This document shows positions 25,336-39,005 of a stretch of 64,000 bases of DNA, piece after piece; within the stretch, counting starts at the first letter, position 1, and every line of letters starts with the position of its first letter. The stretch lies in the NCBI GenBank assembly GCA_951406725.2, contig OX597821.1, forward strand, positions 26,970,001-27,034,000. Direction: 5' to 3'. A model generated the notes under the pieces. It did no database searches and had not been told where the DNA came from. It saw only the letters and a list, made by a program, of their open reading frames with translations. The DNA is from Octopus vulgaris (taxonomy: Eukaryota). The position numbers were made by a program, and so were the translations under genes.

Positions 25336-27347
25336 AGTGCAAAGCAATCCAACTAATGTTGTCGCTGTGGCTTAGCTCCAGGTCATTTCCGACAGAACAA
25401 ACAAAATAAAAAATGTTCAGATCCTGACGTATAGACCATTTTATATATAAACGCCTATATTGTAAAGTGTATCCTTTCTTATAAAACAAAAAACAAAAAA
25501 AAATGACACGTTCATTGAAAGAAATGTTACAGTTGTTTCCAGTGTATTAAGAGACCACATTGAATACTCATCCATAAAAGCCCCAAAGAATTTTATATAT
25601 TTGTGCTTGTAATAATTTATGCAAATATATTCCAATATTGACAATGACCATATGTATATCTTTTCCTTTTTTTCTTTTGCTTCTTTCAGTCACGCTGAAT
25701 TCCTGCGTGGAAATTGTGTTAGTGAACACATTGGTCCGAGTACTGATTGCTTCAAGTTTGATTTTTGTTCTATCGGTCTGATTTGTTGAACCAATAATCA
25801 CACGTCGTGGACCAGAAACTCAAAGCCAAATTGTTGAGAAGCGAACTTTGTAACCACATAAGGACGCCTTTGTGTATATAGAGAAGGAATTCTATCCACT
25901 TCCATCCGTTCAGATTTTGTTTGATACTAAGTCAAATATTTATTCAAATTATAAGGCGCTATAATAGGCAGTGCAAACCGATCCTAACCTTAACCTCTAC
26001 ATTTATCTATATTGCATTTCTGTTTACTTTTCAGTAATGCTATTATCTATTTTGAAACTCACCGAATATAAGTAAATAAATAAATGAATAAATCACTAAA
26101 CAAGTGAAAGCATTATGCTGGGAATTATTGCAAAATTAAACATAATGATTCTGTATTACACACAATAAATCTGATATATGTCTATGATAACAAAATCGAT
26201 TATTAACAATCGCATATATATTTCATCTATGTATGTTATATCGTGAAATGGCAGAAAATTGGAATATTGTTATCTATATAGAAATTAATGGAGGTATATA
26301 TCTCAGAACATTGAATGTCATCTATGTTTTTTTGTTGTTGAAAAAATAATAAAAAGTATAAAAACATGGTAATAGAGAATGGGACACAGCTTTTCTGTAC
26401 GAAAGAAAAAAAAACATGATCCAACGATGGTTATGGAATCTCAAATGAGAAAAATAAATTTATTAGAACTTCAAATGAAAAAAATATTTACTTTGATTAT
26501 TTAAAGAGATAAAATGCTAAACGATCGGTTGTATCGACGAAAATATGTCATCACTATGAATAAATCAAGATAAACATTATTTTCGATACAAAATATTATT
26601 GCGCTTATACAGTCGGAAATCAATGGAACTTTGTGATTATTATGCAAATATATGGATAGCGATAGTATGTAGATAATATCAAAGTTGGGAGCTATGTTTT
26701 ACTCTTTGATATTTATCTGTCAATTAAGTTATTAATGTTCTGATGATATTCAGCTCTGTCATATTGCATATGTTAGTTTGAAGTAATTTAAATGGAGCCA
26801 CATCGTGAACTTCTATCCGGTGATATCGACGAATTCTTATCCTTTCTCTATGTGGTTGGCGATTACAGCATATCTAATTCGTCCATAATTTGGTAGTGGA
26901 TTCGGTAGCATATAACAGATTCATATGCATCTTATACATAAAATATACATTCATTATCTGAAATATATAAATGCCCACAACTGATTTTAAAGAAAAAGAG
27001 CAGCAACATTTAAGAGCGAAGTTATGTTTATATTTTCATATACATAAATTTTTCATACTAATCTTTGTCCGTTAATAATCTTATGCACATCCACTGGCGC
27101 ACAATCCATAACGTATGCGTGTGCCTGTGTCTAAATATGCTAAAACATTTTCATACATTTGAACGTGCTTACGTATACATAAATGTGGGACACGCTATTT
27201 TCTTTTGTATTTATTGTAAATATTTCTGTACTAACATCAAGTATATAAATTTGAAACAATGCGGATAGCTATATATCTATGCTCTGATAGAATACATAGA
27301 AAGGAGCATGTACAAAATTATATATTTCTTATATATATACATACACG

Positions 27348-27435
<88 letters not shown>

Positions 27436-27437
27436 CG

Positions 27438-27511
<74 letters not shown>

Positions 27512-27550
27512 CATCTATATATCTATCTATATATCTATCTGTCTATCTAT
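27348..27550. repeat. (TCTA)n tetranucleotide array
   Basis: Seen directly. Confidence 0.97.
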
Positions 27551-27630
27551 ACACACATACAAACACAAAAACATATAGTTGTACATGTTTTCAACGAGGG
27601 CTCGATGTTATCGTACTTACCCATACTTAC

Positions 27631-27702
<72 letters not shown>

Positions 27703-27719
27703 AATAATAATAATGATTC

Positions 27720-28960
27720 AGCTGAATTAGGTACTTAGTTTGAGGCACCATGTCAGTGCGTTACTGTCTGCACAGCACGAAGTTAAGTGAATAAAAGGCC
27801 AATAAGTAACAAGGATGTCCAGGCACCAGTGCATTACGGCCGTTTCAGGCGGCTCCATTTAATCGATCAATGCAAGCATTACATCAATTTTAAATACACC
27901 TCCTTCTCTGGAAGCATAAGACCATATAGGTCTTCAACATACAGGCTTCCCCATTATTATTTTTTAACAAAATTTTCTTCAGAACTAGAGAATAAAGGAA
28001 TTACATTCTTATTGCTATTACTGTAGCAGAATGAACTTAGGGAGAATATATTCCAAGCCTACTATAATTTGGAATAGCAGAAGAGAATAACAATGGGGGT
28101 TAAGAAATGGTAATATATCTACATTCATGTTTCTCCTTAACAAAATAAAAAGATCCAATGCAATACTATTCTGCATCCATTTACAATTAACACCACAAGG
28201 ATTTGACAGTTAAACTCTTGCTGCTGGTGACATATTAATTACTGTCAGATATTCTTCCCTACTCCTAATTTACTGAGACTATAAATTTGCCATGACTACA
28301 TAAAGGAACATGCCTCAGAAGATGCCAGCAAGATAATGGTATATAACCAGAAAGAGGAATGGTAGAGGTAGTTTAAACTATTTTATTATTATCAGTTAAA
28401 AGGGGCCTAAACTAGAAAACAAAGCATGCCACAATGAGATCTAAGTGGGCATTAAGGGTACAGGGGGAAAATAATATACCCAAACTTAGCAAAATTTATA
28501 TATTATAAAATTTAGAAAGGGATTTCAGGGCCATTAAGAAGAGGGATAGATAAACCAATCTAATCCCTAAAAAAGTGGAGTACTTAATATAAACTAAAAA
28601 TAAAACTTATAATGCCTCATCATTGCAAACTTTTAAGGTGGTCATGATACAACTATTCAACAATGAATATATATAATTAATACAGATTTGATCCGAGAAA
28701 GGGTACCTATTTTCACCGAAAACCTAAAATTAGGGACAAAAAGAAAAAGATAATTCTATAACAGATAAACTTATTTAAAAAATCTTGGAAAAATATAATT
28801 ATATGAAAAACAATAGTCCATCATCAGGAAAAATCTTAAAGTGTAGAAGAAGGTATAAAAATAACACATATATATACAAAAAATTAGATCATAAAGATTA
28901 TCATTAGCAGAATTATTTCCTATCAGAAGGGATGATTTGTATTTCAAAACTTTCATTATA
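27720..28960 (-). mobile_element. Possible highly degraded Penelope-like retroelement, 3' part
   Basis: Minus-strand traces FPDDG, ENRYPFLG and PCGVNCK in the order expected for RT then Cys-linker, and a hammerhead-like motif at the 3' end (27830-27874). Many stops. Confidence 0.4.
27830..27874 (-). ncRNA. Degenerate type I hammerhead-like motif with palindromic stem III
   Basis: TGCAT-TGATCGA-(stem II decayed)-GAAA-CGGCCG-TA-ATGCA; perfect 5-bp stem I. Confidence 0.55.
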
Positions 28961-30364
28961 TCCTATGATTGTTTCAAATAGAATTTTTATAACATTTTTT
29001 ATACAGAATTCGCGTTTTAAAGCATTTCCTTATATTATATTCTATAATGTTGACAATACTAGACAAGACCTGATTGAAGAAAATCGTGATTGAATAGCTC
29101 GAGTAGTGACCTTTTTCCTTTTGTCGTTTAGTGAAACAGTATAGCTGAAACTACATCGCAACACATACCTTTCAATTTGTTAACAGAAAAAGTATCGGAG
29201 ATGAATTTGGCAGCTATTACTCTTTGGTCAAATTACACAGATGCCTTACGATTTGCTTGTATTTCAAACAGGTAATCTTCTCTAGTTAATGTTATTTCTC
29301 CTGTTCGACGAAATTTGAAGTTCTTTTAATGCATTGCCTTGTTTCGTAAATGACGTATGTATTACCTATCTACATGTTCAATTTTGGTCAGGTGGATTTT
29401 GTTTCGTTATTGTTTAATAGGCTTGAAAAACCATCGTTGGAGAAATAATCGATTTATTCTTTTCAGTTTACTTTTTCATCCTCTGTTATCCACATTCTAT
29501 TGTATTGCTGTGTGCGGAGATTTTCGAGTATTCAAATTGCGGCAAGAAAAAATCCCCTTGGCAATGCCGTAAGAGGGCTGTTGGGGAAAATGTAAACACA
29601 ATATAGTAAATTCCCCAAAACATCTTGGTTCCCACTTGATGATTCGTTTCATGCACTGCGGCATTTGAAACAGTTGTAGGTACCATCTATGTTACTCATA
29701 TAAATTATTTGTGTTCTATATCAACAAATGAAATCAATGAGGGCAATTAGTGTCAGTAATAGCAGAATGATGAATAAAATCCATCCTGTTTTACATTTTC
29801 AGTTCAGATTTTGTCAGAATTGACTTAGTCTGCCATCAGACATTGTCAACTACTAAGGTTAATCTAAACAACTATAGTCTTTTACTTAAGCTGCAGGTCA
29901 GGCGTATTCTGCAATTTATTACATGATCGACCTATTGGTTGGTAGAATGAGGCATAAAATTCGTGCATACATTTCTTTCCTAAGTTCAAATCTCACCGAA
30001 ATCCATATTTCTTTTTATAAATATTGGGTATATAAAATAAGAATCATTTGAGTGCTGGAGAACTAGCTACATTTACTGGAGATTAGCTATATTTAACCTA
30101 CATTATATATTCCCCACAACTGAGCTCTGATGTGTATATAAACTATAAATTTCATGTTGGACCTGAGTAGGTTTTGTTGGTAGAGAAGCTTGACCACCGG
30201 TTTAAAAAATTTGCAGCTTATAGTAGGTTCGTATCAAGCCATTATATTCTTTAGCTTTCATAGTCAAGTCTTTACATTAAATATATGTATTAGAAGGAAC
30301 CATTAATACACATGTGAACCTGTGCGTAAAAAAGATATATATACATACATACATACATACATAC

Positions 30365-30450
<86 letters not shown>

Positions 30451-30452
<2 letters not shown>

Positions 30453-30650
30453 CGGAGATGTACTTGCAAAGCGAGTGACTTGATCTGAGATCGTGTGCTG
30501 GAAAGAAAACAATTGCAGTGTGGAAGGTGTTTTATAAGCCATTTAAGAAACACACAAAACCGTTAGATTCACTTCAACATTTAAATTTAATTTCTCAAAA
30601 TATTTTCGTCGCTTTGAGACCACGACTTGTTCACTGACAAAGCTTCGTGC

Positions 30651-30654
<4 letters not shown>
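30451..30654 (-). mobile_element. ~200-bp (TA)n-embedded element with hammerhead-like fold
   Basis: Flanked by (TA)n on both sides; minus strand TTTGTCA-GTGAACAA-GTCGT..GCGAC-GAAA-ATAT-TT-TGAGAAA at 30641-30591. Confidence 0.6.
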
Positions 30655-30695
<41 letters not shown>

Positions 30696-31925
30696 CGAAA
30701 AAGGATAATATACCCTACTCTCGTTCTATTATTGGTTTCCAGTATTGGTGTGAATTAATATAAATGTCAAAACAGATATTGTATTGCCTATTCACCGTGG
30801 GATCAAAGTAGTAGCATTCCTACCGTGGCTTTGTTCCGATCGTTGTTTGAACTGCAACTCCGTGAGCTCGTTAAGAGTAATAAGCTGTTTACGTAAAACC
30901 TATTCGCCACTAAATTATCTGCTATCAGATATATTACCCGCTAGATTATGAGTGGTGGGTTTTCACGCTTATAGTATAAAGCACACGCTTACAGGAAAGT
31001 GATCCTGAAAAAGATAAAGGTTGCCTGAACGTTGCCCAGATATAAATGATTTATAAAATCTAGAGTTTTCTGCTTTGATTTCTAATGAAAACAGGTTCAA
31101 TTCCACGTTTCATCAGCGGAGATATAAGTTATATATTGGTTTAAATCCATATCCGCTGCAAATTATTATATTGTTATGACCTGAAATGTGAGCTAGTCCT
31201 CTCTATATATGAGGTAAGTGACTAAGTGTAAGGTTTAATTTTATTTCAGTTTCGTAACACTGCTCACCGAATTATTGTTTTGTAGAGTAAATTTATATGC
31301 ACATTGCATTTTTCTTTAACACACACACACACACACCCTCTCACACACACACCCACACACACACAAGAACACACATACATACACACAAACACACAAAACA
31401 CTCACTCAATCTCCTTTTCACACACACACATGCGCACAAAGCACGCATAAACACGTTCCCGTTTCATACGTGCGTGCACACACACACACACACCTACACA
31501 CACACGAAACAATTAGAACTATTTGAGTTTTTCGCTTTTGAATCATTAATGTTTATTATTATCAAAGAATTTGTAACATGCATTACCTTGTTTTCAGTTC
31601 AGTTTATTGTGAGTTGTAAACGACTGACCAGTTATTACGACCCCAAATACACACATACAGTGTCCCAACTAAAAATACACGACCTACGCATAAAATGTAG
31701 TATTGTGAATAAACTGCTCACCAGGTACGCAACAGATGAACACGTAATGAAAATTCTCATGAAAAGAAACAGAAATACCGTACAACAAGCTATTACCCGC
31801 CAATAATAATACACACGAATAATCAGTAAAAAGGACGATCTTTACTTTCAACGCATCACATTCATATGTGCCCGAGAAAGAACTTACAATGAACAATGTA
31901 GTTGGTGAAAGTAGTAAAACACATG

Positions 31926-32450
<525 letters not shown>

Positions 32451-32543
32451 AAAAAATTATTACCTCTGTTTGGTATTTATTCCCATGCTGGCCACTTGAT
32501 AATATCGATATTTAAATATCGATATTAACCTTATTAATAAATT

Positions 32544-32611
<68 letters not shown>

Positions 32612-33015
32612 ACTCTTGTACAAGACGTGCATAATTGGTGTCGCAATACCACGCAACTTACTCTGAAAGTAAAAAACAAACTGAAAATCAAAGCAACCAC
32701 AGATCATCGTTTACTGACAGCCAAGAAACTGCGAAGAGAATTCGCAGACAAAGTCCTTGATATAAAAACAAAGGGGATGAACGTCCACATAGAGAACTTT
32801 TGATTATATGCCTATTCGATAAAGACTAAACAACCAATAGTGGTACAAGAAAAACATTTGATTGAAATATTGTTTCCAAGTTAAGAAAATCAATATCAAC
32901 CTTCCTACCAATTGCCATGACAATCACTAGCATATTTTGCAAACGTTTGTAGTATTTATGGTTTTCTTACGATACGTTGCAAGATTGAGGAAAACAAAAT
33001 ATAATCACTACAGTG

Positions 33016-33052
<37 letters not shown>

Positions 33053-33162
33053 TGCATACATTCATCATTGTTCAAAGGAAGCGGTAATTAATTTCTCTCT
33101 ATTACCGACCAATATAACTTAATATTTCTCACCTCAAATATAGGTGATATAAACATTTATTG

Positions 33163-33217
<55 letters not shown>

Positions 33218-33454
33218 TATATATATATATACATATACATATATACATGTACATATGCATATACATGCATGTATATATACATGTATATATATATTTATAT
33301 ATATATACATGTACATATGTGCCTATACTTGTGTGTGTGTGTTTGTATGTGTTAACGTGAGATGGTATTTATATGTGTGTATATGTGTATGTGAGCTCGA
33401 GAGGGCATATATTTATACACATACAAACACACAAACTCACACACATACACACAC

Positions 33455-33579
<125 letters not shown>

Positions 33580-33859
33580 CACACACAAACAGACACATAC
33601 ATACAGGTGCACACACACGGAAAAGCACACACATATAAACACACACACTCACAGTAAAGTATTTATTATTGATAAACTTTTTTTGTCAATTTAGATACTG
33701 AATTATGTATCTAATATGTATACCTGATAGAACGTTCTAAATTGGATTTCGCTCCTATGAATGCATTTTCCATGAAAGTAGAATGGGCACTATAATTTTA
33801 CTTCGTTTAACACACACTCACACAAAATTAATATAAATAGCAGTTTGCAATATGTTACC

Positions 33860-34385
33860 AAATGAAAACATACTTACAGACAGACGAGTAAGTCCGAAAT
33901 CTGCCGAGGTAGAGCCTGTCGACACTGATGTGGCAATGGTAATTGCCGAAACTGAATACCTGTATATATGTATAAAATTGTGTGCGTTGACTACACCTTA
34001 TTTTAGACCTTATTTCTAGCAACGTAAGTGTTTCTTACACTCTAGCCGCATTTAGTGACAATCATGATTTTCCTTTTAGCAAAAACATCGCAAAATGCTA
34101 AATATATTAATTTTATATATGGACAGCGATTCGCTAAATCATCCATAGATTGCTATGCTGAAAACATATATACAGAGAAGTAAGTCCAATATCTGCCGGA
34201 GTAGAGCCATTCCATCCTGATGATGCCACGGAAATAGCCGAAACTGAATTTAGTATAAGGAACTGTGAAACAGCAGATTCGGACGATTAAAGTCCCTGTC
34301 CGTATATATGTATACAATTATGTGCGTTTACTACAGCTTTAGAATATTTCAACTCTTATTTCTTGCAATGTAGATGTTTGTAATA
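33860..34385 (+). repeat. Diverged ~292-bp tandem dimer, each unit with a hammerhead-like core
   Basis: AGTCC..ATCTGCCG..GTAGAGCC at 33891 and 34183; CTGATGT-GGCAAT-GGTA-ATTGCC-GAAACTGAAT (33925) and CTGATGA-TGCC..AGCC-GAAACTGAAT (34217). Confidence 0.75.
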
Positions 34386-34405
34386 CATTAATTGCATTTT
34401 GTGGC

Positions 34406-34478
<73 letters not shown>

Positions 34479-34482
<4 letters not shown>

Positions 34483-34748
34483 TGGGTCCTCTCTCAGCAG
34501 TACCACTACTCATCGACAGACAAATGTGGGAATTCTTCCATTTTGTTGCCAGTTGCTGTAGACATTTGCTAAGAGGCCCGCAAACATGTCTGCCATCGAA
34601 GTATAAAGCTCGTAGGGCGGACCATTCAAACCCGGCGATCTACCTCTCGTACAATTCTTCATCGCTTCCTGTATTTCTGCGGCCAAGAGTCGTGACAGGT
34701 CGTCCAGTTAGACACTGAAGCCTGCCTGGTTATCTGTCCTGTCATTCG
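34479..34748 (-). mobile_element. Fragment of the same Tx1/L1 family as 13014-15120
   Basis: Reverse complement aligns to ~14100-14402 (CCGCAGArATACAGGAAGCGATGAAGA..CGAGAGGTAGATCG..GACCCAAACA) with a short internal deletion. Confidence 0.85.
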
Positions 34749-36171
34749 CTGTGATTTCATAATAGTAATCATTGCTCTCATAATTGCCTTCTGGTTTCCA
34801 ATTAATTGGTTTCTAAGACATTCTTTGAAACCGAATTGTCATATACAAAGACGCTTTCAAGGTTAAAAAATACAAATATCGTCAATTAGATGTTCTTCAC
34901 CACTTCGTCATCAGTCATTGAATTGATTTCAGAAAGATGAACGACTACAAGTTCGGTGGGGTTTTAATTTTATGCTATGCAAGCCATATCAGTACCAACT
35001 CTGCGCATGCTCCACCACCTCACCGTATATGCATCGTCTACTGTCAAAACGTGGCTTACGCAAGGTATGAATGAAAAGTAATTACTTTCTCCGTATTTTC
35101 GTCAATCTCTATTCCTGTTCTTCTATCATCTGAAGATTCCTTTCGACTTTCCGTTATATCAACGATTAAGTAGCAGAGTATTCAATGCACGCTTATATAA
35201 TCGACAGGACATTTTGAATTACATGTACGTTTCATTCGAATATCTTCTGCAGAACTTTACTTCTGCCTAGTTTCTTTTGTTGACTCGAGACCATGGAAAG
35301 AATATACCTAAGGTAAGGCGTACAGTACGATAATTACATCGCATGATTGCACAACAAACTTTTAAAATCCCATGACCATAGCTTCATTCTACATCGCGAG
35401 TACACAAGTAAAAGTGGTACTGGCATTTTCATTGGTTCGTGCATAATAACTGTGGTAAGTCTTAACGTAGGCGATATAGCCATCCACCATGTATGATACT
35501 TTATCGCATTTTCTTATCTGCCGTATGATGAAATACGGACAATTACTCAGGGGAATGTTACAGTCAAAACTCTGATAGAAGGAACATTAGATACGATGAA
35601 ATAAGAAAATATAGCTCAATACATAATCGTTGTTTACTGACATACACACTTGCATTGTAATATTACAACTACAATATTACGGCCTGTAAAATTAATTTAC
35701 AAAACCTTAACCCTTAGCCAAATGTCATTGATAAAATGTAAGAAAATAAATAACCTTCATCTAAACTGACGTGATAAGGGAATAACATTCATACTGCATC
35801 TTTCACTCTTGGTAGCCTTCTACTCTAATTAGATTTTTAGATTAAATTCTTTCCGCCTTCTTGGTTTCCTTCCATTTCGTATCTACGTATATACGTATAC
35901 ACACACACACACACATAATTATATATACATAAGTTTACTCACCCACCTACACAACCACGCATCACGAACACTTATTCGGAATATATGTGTGAATGTATGT
36001 ATTGGTCTATCTATCTCTCCGTCCGTCCGTCCGTCCGTCCGTCTGTCCGTCTGTCTGTCGGTTTGTCTGTCTACCTATCTATTTATCACACATACACACA
36101 CACACTCATACACACACACACTCATACACACACACTCTCTCTCTATGTATATATATATATATATATATATA

Positions 36172-36382
36172 TTTCAAAATGTGACCTCGTATGTACCGTT
36201 GGCGATTTTTTTCCTCTGTCTTCCCTTCACTGGATCTTTCCTTCTCCTATGTTTCCGACGAAGAGCTCCGCTCGAAACATCAAACCCTCCTTCTTTCCTT
36301 CTTTCCTGAGCATCCAATAATACTATATTTGTTCCACGTCCTCGCGTTGTTGTGTTTTTTTTTTGCTTTCTTGTTTGGATTA

Positions 36383-36388
<6 letters not shown>
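36172..36388 (+). mobile_element. ~215-bp (TA)n-embedded element, second copy of the 19797 family
   Basis: TTCAAAATGTGACC..TTTGGATTAACT, flanked by (TA)n on both sides. Confidence 0.85.
36251..36285 (+). ncRNA. Minimal type I hammerhead-like motif
   Basis: GTTT-CCGACGA-A-GAGC-TCC-GCTC-GAAA-CA-TC-AAAC. Confidence 0.62.
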
Positions 36389-36449
<61 letters not shown>

Positions 36450-36489
36450 GTATTATCTGTATGTATATATCTCTTGTTTTTTACCTGTT

Positions 36490-36810
36490 ACCGTCATTGA
36501 ACGGCGCCCATACTGTGGCACCTCCTGAAATGTTTTAGCGAAGCGAATCAACCTAATACCTCTTTTTTTAGAAACATAGTACTTATTCACTCTGTCTCTT
36601 TTGGAGAACCACTAAATTATGGGATCATAAACAAATCAACACCAGTTGGTAAGCGATAGTTGCAAAATGTCAAGTATATACAACTGGCCTTTGTTCGGTT
36701 TTCGTCAACGAAACTGAAAAAGAAAAAGCTTTGGTCACCAAGGAATAAGATACTTGCTCAAGGCTGCATGCATCCGGGTGAGGTTGACACAAGAAATATG
36801 CGGTCGGAAG
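36490..36810 (-). mobile_element. Old degenerate family-B SINE
   Basis: TAGTACTTATTC..CCACTAAATTATGGG..ACCAGTTGGTAAGCGAT..ACTTGCTCAAGG. Confidence 0.6.
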
Positions 36811-36835
36811 GAAATCTTCTGATGTATGTAAGTGA

Positions 36836-37530
36836 GCAGGTAAGTAGGTACGCAAACAGGTAGGCAGGTAGACAGACAGGTAGGTATGTATGCAGGTATG
36901 TATGTATGTATATAGGTAGTTAGGTTGGCAGGCAGGTAGGTAGGTAGGTTGGTAGGTAGGTAGGTAAGTAGGAATGCCTGCGCCTGTATCCCTACCTACC
37001 TACCTACCTACCTACTTACCTACCTAACTACCTACCTACCTACCTAACTACCTATCTACATACCTATATTCCTACCTACATACATACCTACCTACCTACC
37101 TGTCAATCTACCAACCTACCTACCTACCTACCTACCTACCTACCTACCTACCTACCTACCTGCCTACCTACCTGCCTACCTGTTTGCGTACCAACCTACC
37201 AACCTACCAACCTACCAGCGTACCAACCTACCAACCTACCAGCCTACCAACCTACCTACCAACCTACCAACCTACCTACCTACTAACCTACCTACCTACC
37301 TACCTACCTACCTACCTACCTTTCTACCTACCTGCCTACCTACCTACCTACCTACCTACCTACCTACCTACCTACCTACCTACCTACCTACCTACCTACC
37401 TACCTACATACATACCTACCTACCTACCTACTTACCTACCTACCTACCTACCTACATACATACATACCTGCCTACATACCTACTTGCCTGCCTACTTGCC
37501 TGCCTACTTGCCTGCATACCTACTTACATA
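36836..37530. repeat. (TAGG)n followed head-to-head by (CCTA)n
   Basis: Strand switch at ~36975; the unique variant GGTACGCAAACAGGTAGGCAGGTAG (36847) recurs inverted at 37168-37192. Confidence 0.9.
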
Positions 37531-38204
37531 ATACACACACACAAACGCACAAACACGCATACACATATATGTACACATACACACACACACATATATACAT
37601 ACTCAGTCTTGAGTAACTCGTATATTCTCATCCAAAAAGGAGATGAGTACCAACAGTTGTGAAAATCTCGTTCTATGACAGCATTGATTGCCTTGTTAAC
37701 TCGCGAATAAAATTATCCAGCCACCAATTAGGCATTTAGCCTCATTATGACATTTCGATATTAGTGTACACTCCTCTCCACAATCACGAACTAATACACA
37801 TACTTTCCCTGTTCCTATGACAATTCTGCCTCTCAGTTGCTCTCATTGTTGACCGTTCATGGAATCCTACTTGTACAGCATACATTATTCGTCTCTTACT
37901 CTTGAAAATTATTGCATTTTCCTTGATATTTCTGAATTTTCCAGCTGTATTTTATGTTTATGCGATATGATTCATAATTTCTACTAAGACCGCTCGCTTA
38001 CCAAGTGCACTGAATAGGTTCTCGCCGACAATATTCCGTCGATTCTAATGCATCTACATTTTCTGTTCCACATCCTAATCCCTTCTGTCTAAAGCATATA
38101 TACCATAAATAAATAACATAACCCTTCAAAGCTACTAAAAGTTATCCAAGCACAAAGAAACAAATGTTGCACCAACCTCTCTATACGCCTGAACGAGAGG
38201 AGTT

Positions 38205-38425
38205 TGAATATTGGCTCCAAAATTTGGCGTAAGGCCATCAGGTTTTGATGGAGGGAGTAGTCGATCTCATTCACTCTAGTACTTGACTGGTTCTTATTTC
38301 CTCGACCCTAAAGGATTAAAGGGAAACTTGACACCGGCGGAATTTGAACTCATAACGTGAAGACGAACGAATGCTGCTAAGCACCAACCCTATGTGCTAA
38401 CGATTCTTCTGGTTTGCTGCCTTAA
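38205..38425 (-). mobile_element. SINE family A, diverged
   Basis: TCGACCCTAAAGGAT..GGCGGAATTTGAACTCATAACG..GCTAAGCA..CTAACGATTCT..GCCTT. Confidence 0.8.
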
Positions 38426-38799
38426 GAGAAGTTTAAACACGGATATCAAATTTTGACTCAACGCCAGCAAGTTTGAGGGATAACAAGTACAAAGAGCTCG
38501 AAACTGTACGGTCCCGTGGTACAGTCGCTGGAAAATGATAGGGATTCGCTCCCTGCTCACAGTATATATTGAGTGCGGATTGCATCGAGTAACCAGCTGG
38601 AGGAGGCGCCCTCCTGGGGTTAAAACTGTAGTAACGTCAGTTCCTACGAAACAGCCATGATGAAGTGATGTTAATAAACATTACTACTCGATATATATTT
38701 TACTTCATAACTTATGGAAGTTGATCAAGAAATAATATGACATATATAAATTAAGCTCCAGACTTAATGCAGTGAAATATTTCATTAATATTCGATATT

Positions 38800-39005
38800 G
38801 TAACTGGCTGAATTGTTAGCACGCCGGGCTAAATGCTTAGCAGCGCTTTGTTTGTCTTTACATTCTAAATTTAAATTCCGCCGAGGTCGACTTTGTCTTT
38901 CATCCTTTCAGGGTCAATAAAATAAGTACCAGTCGAGTACTGTGGTGACTATAATCGACTTATCCCTTCCATCGAAACTTAGAATTGTGCTAATATTTCT
39001 AAGCG
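38800..39005 (+). mobile_element. SINE family A, diverged
   Basis: GTTAGCACGCCGGGCTAAATGCTTAGC..CCGCCGAGGTCGACTTTG..AAAATAAGTACCAG. Confidence 0.85.

Noticed and set aside
29365-29686. Possible upstream exon of the candidate membrane-protein gene
   Set aside because: Acceptor-like TTTTCCCCAACAG is present but all three frames stop before a donor.
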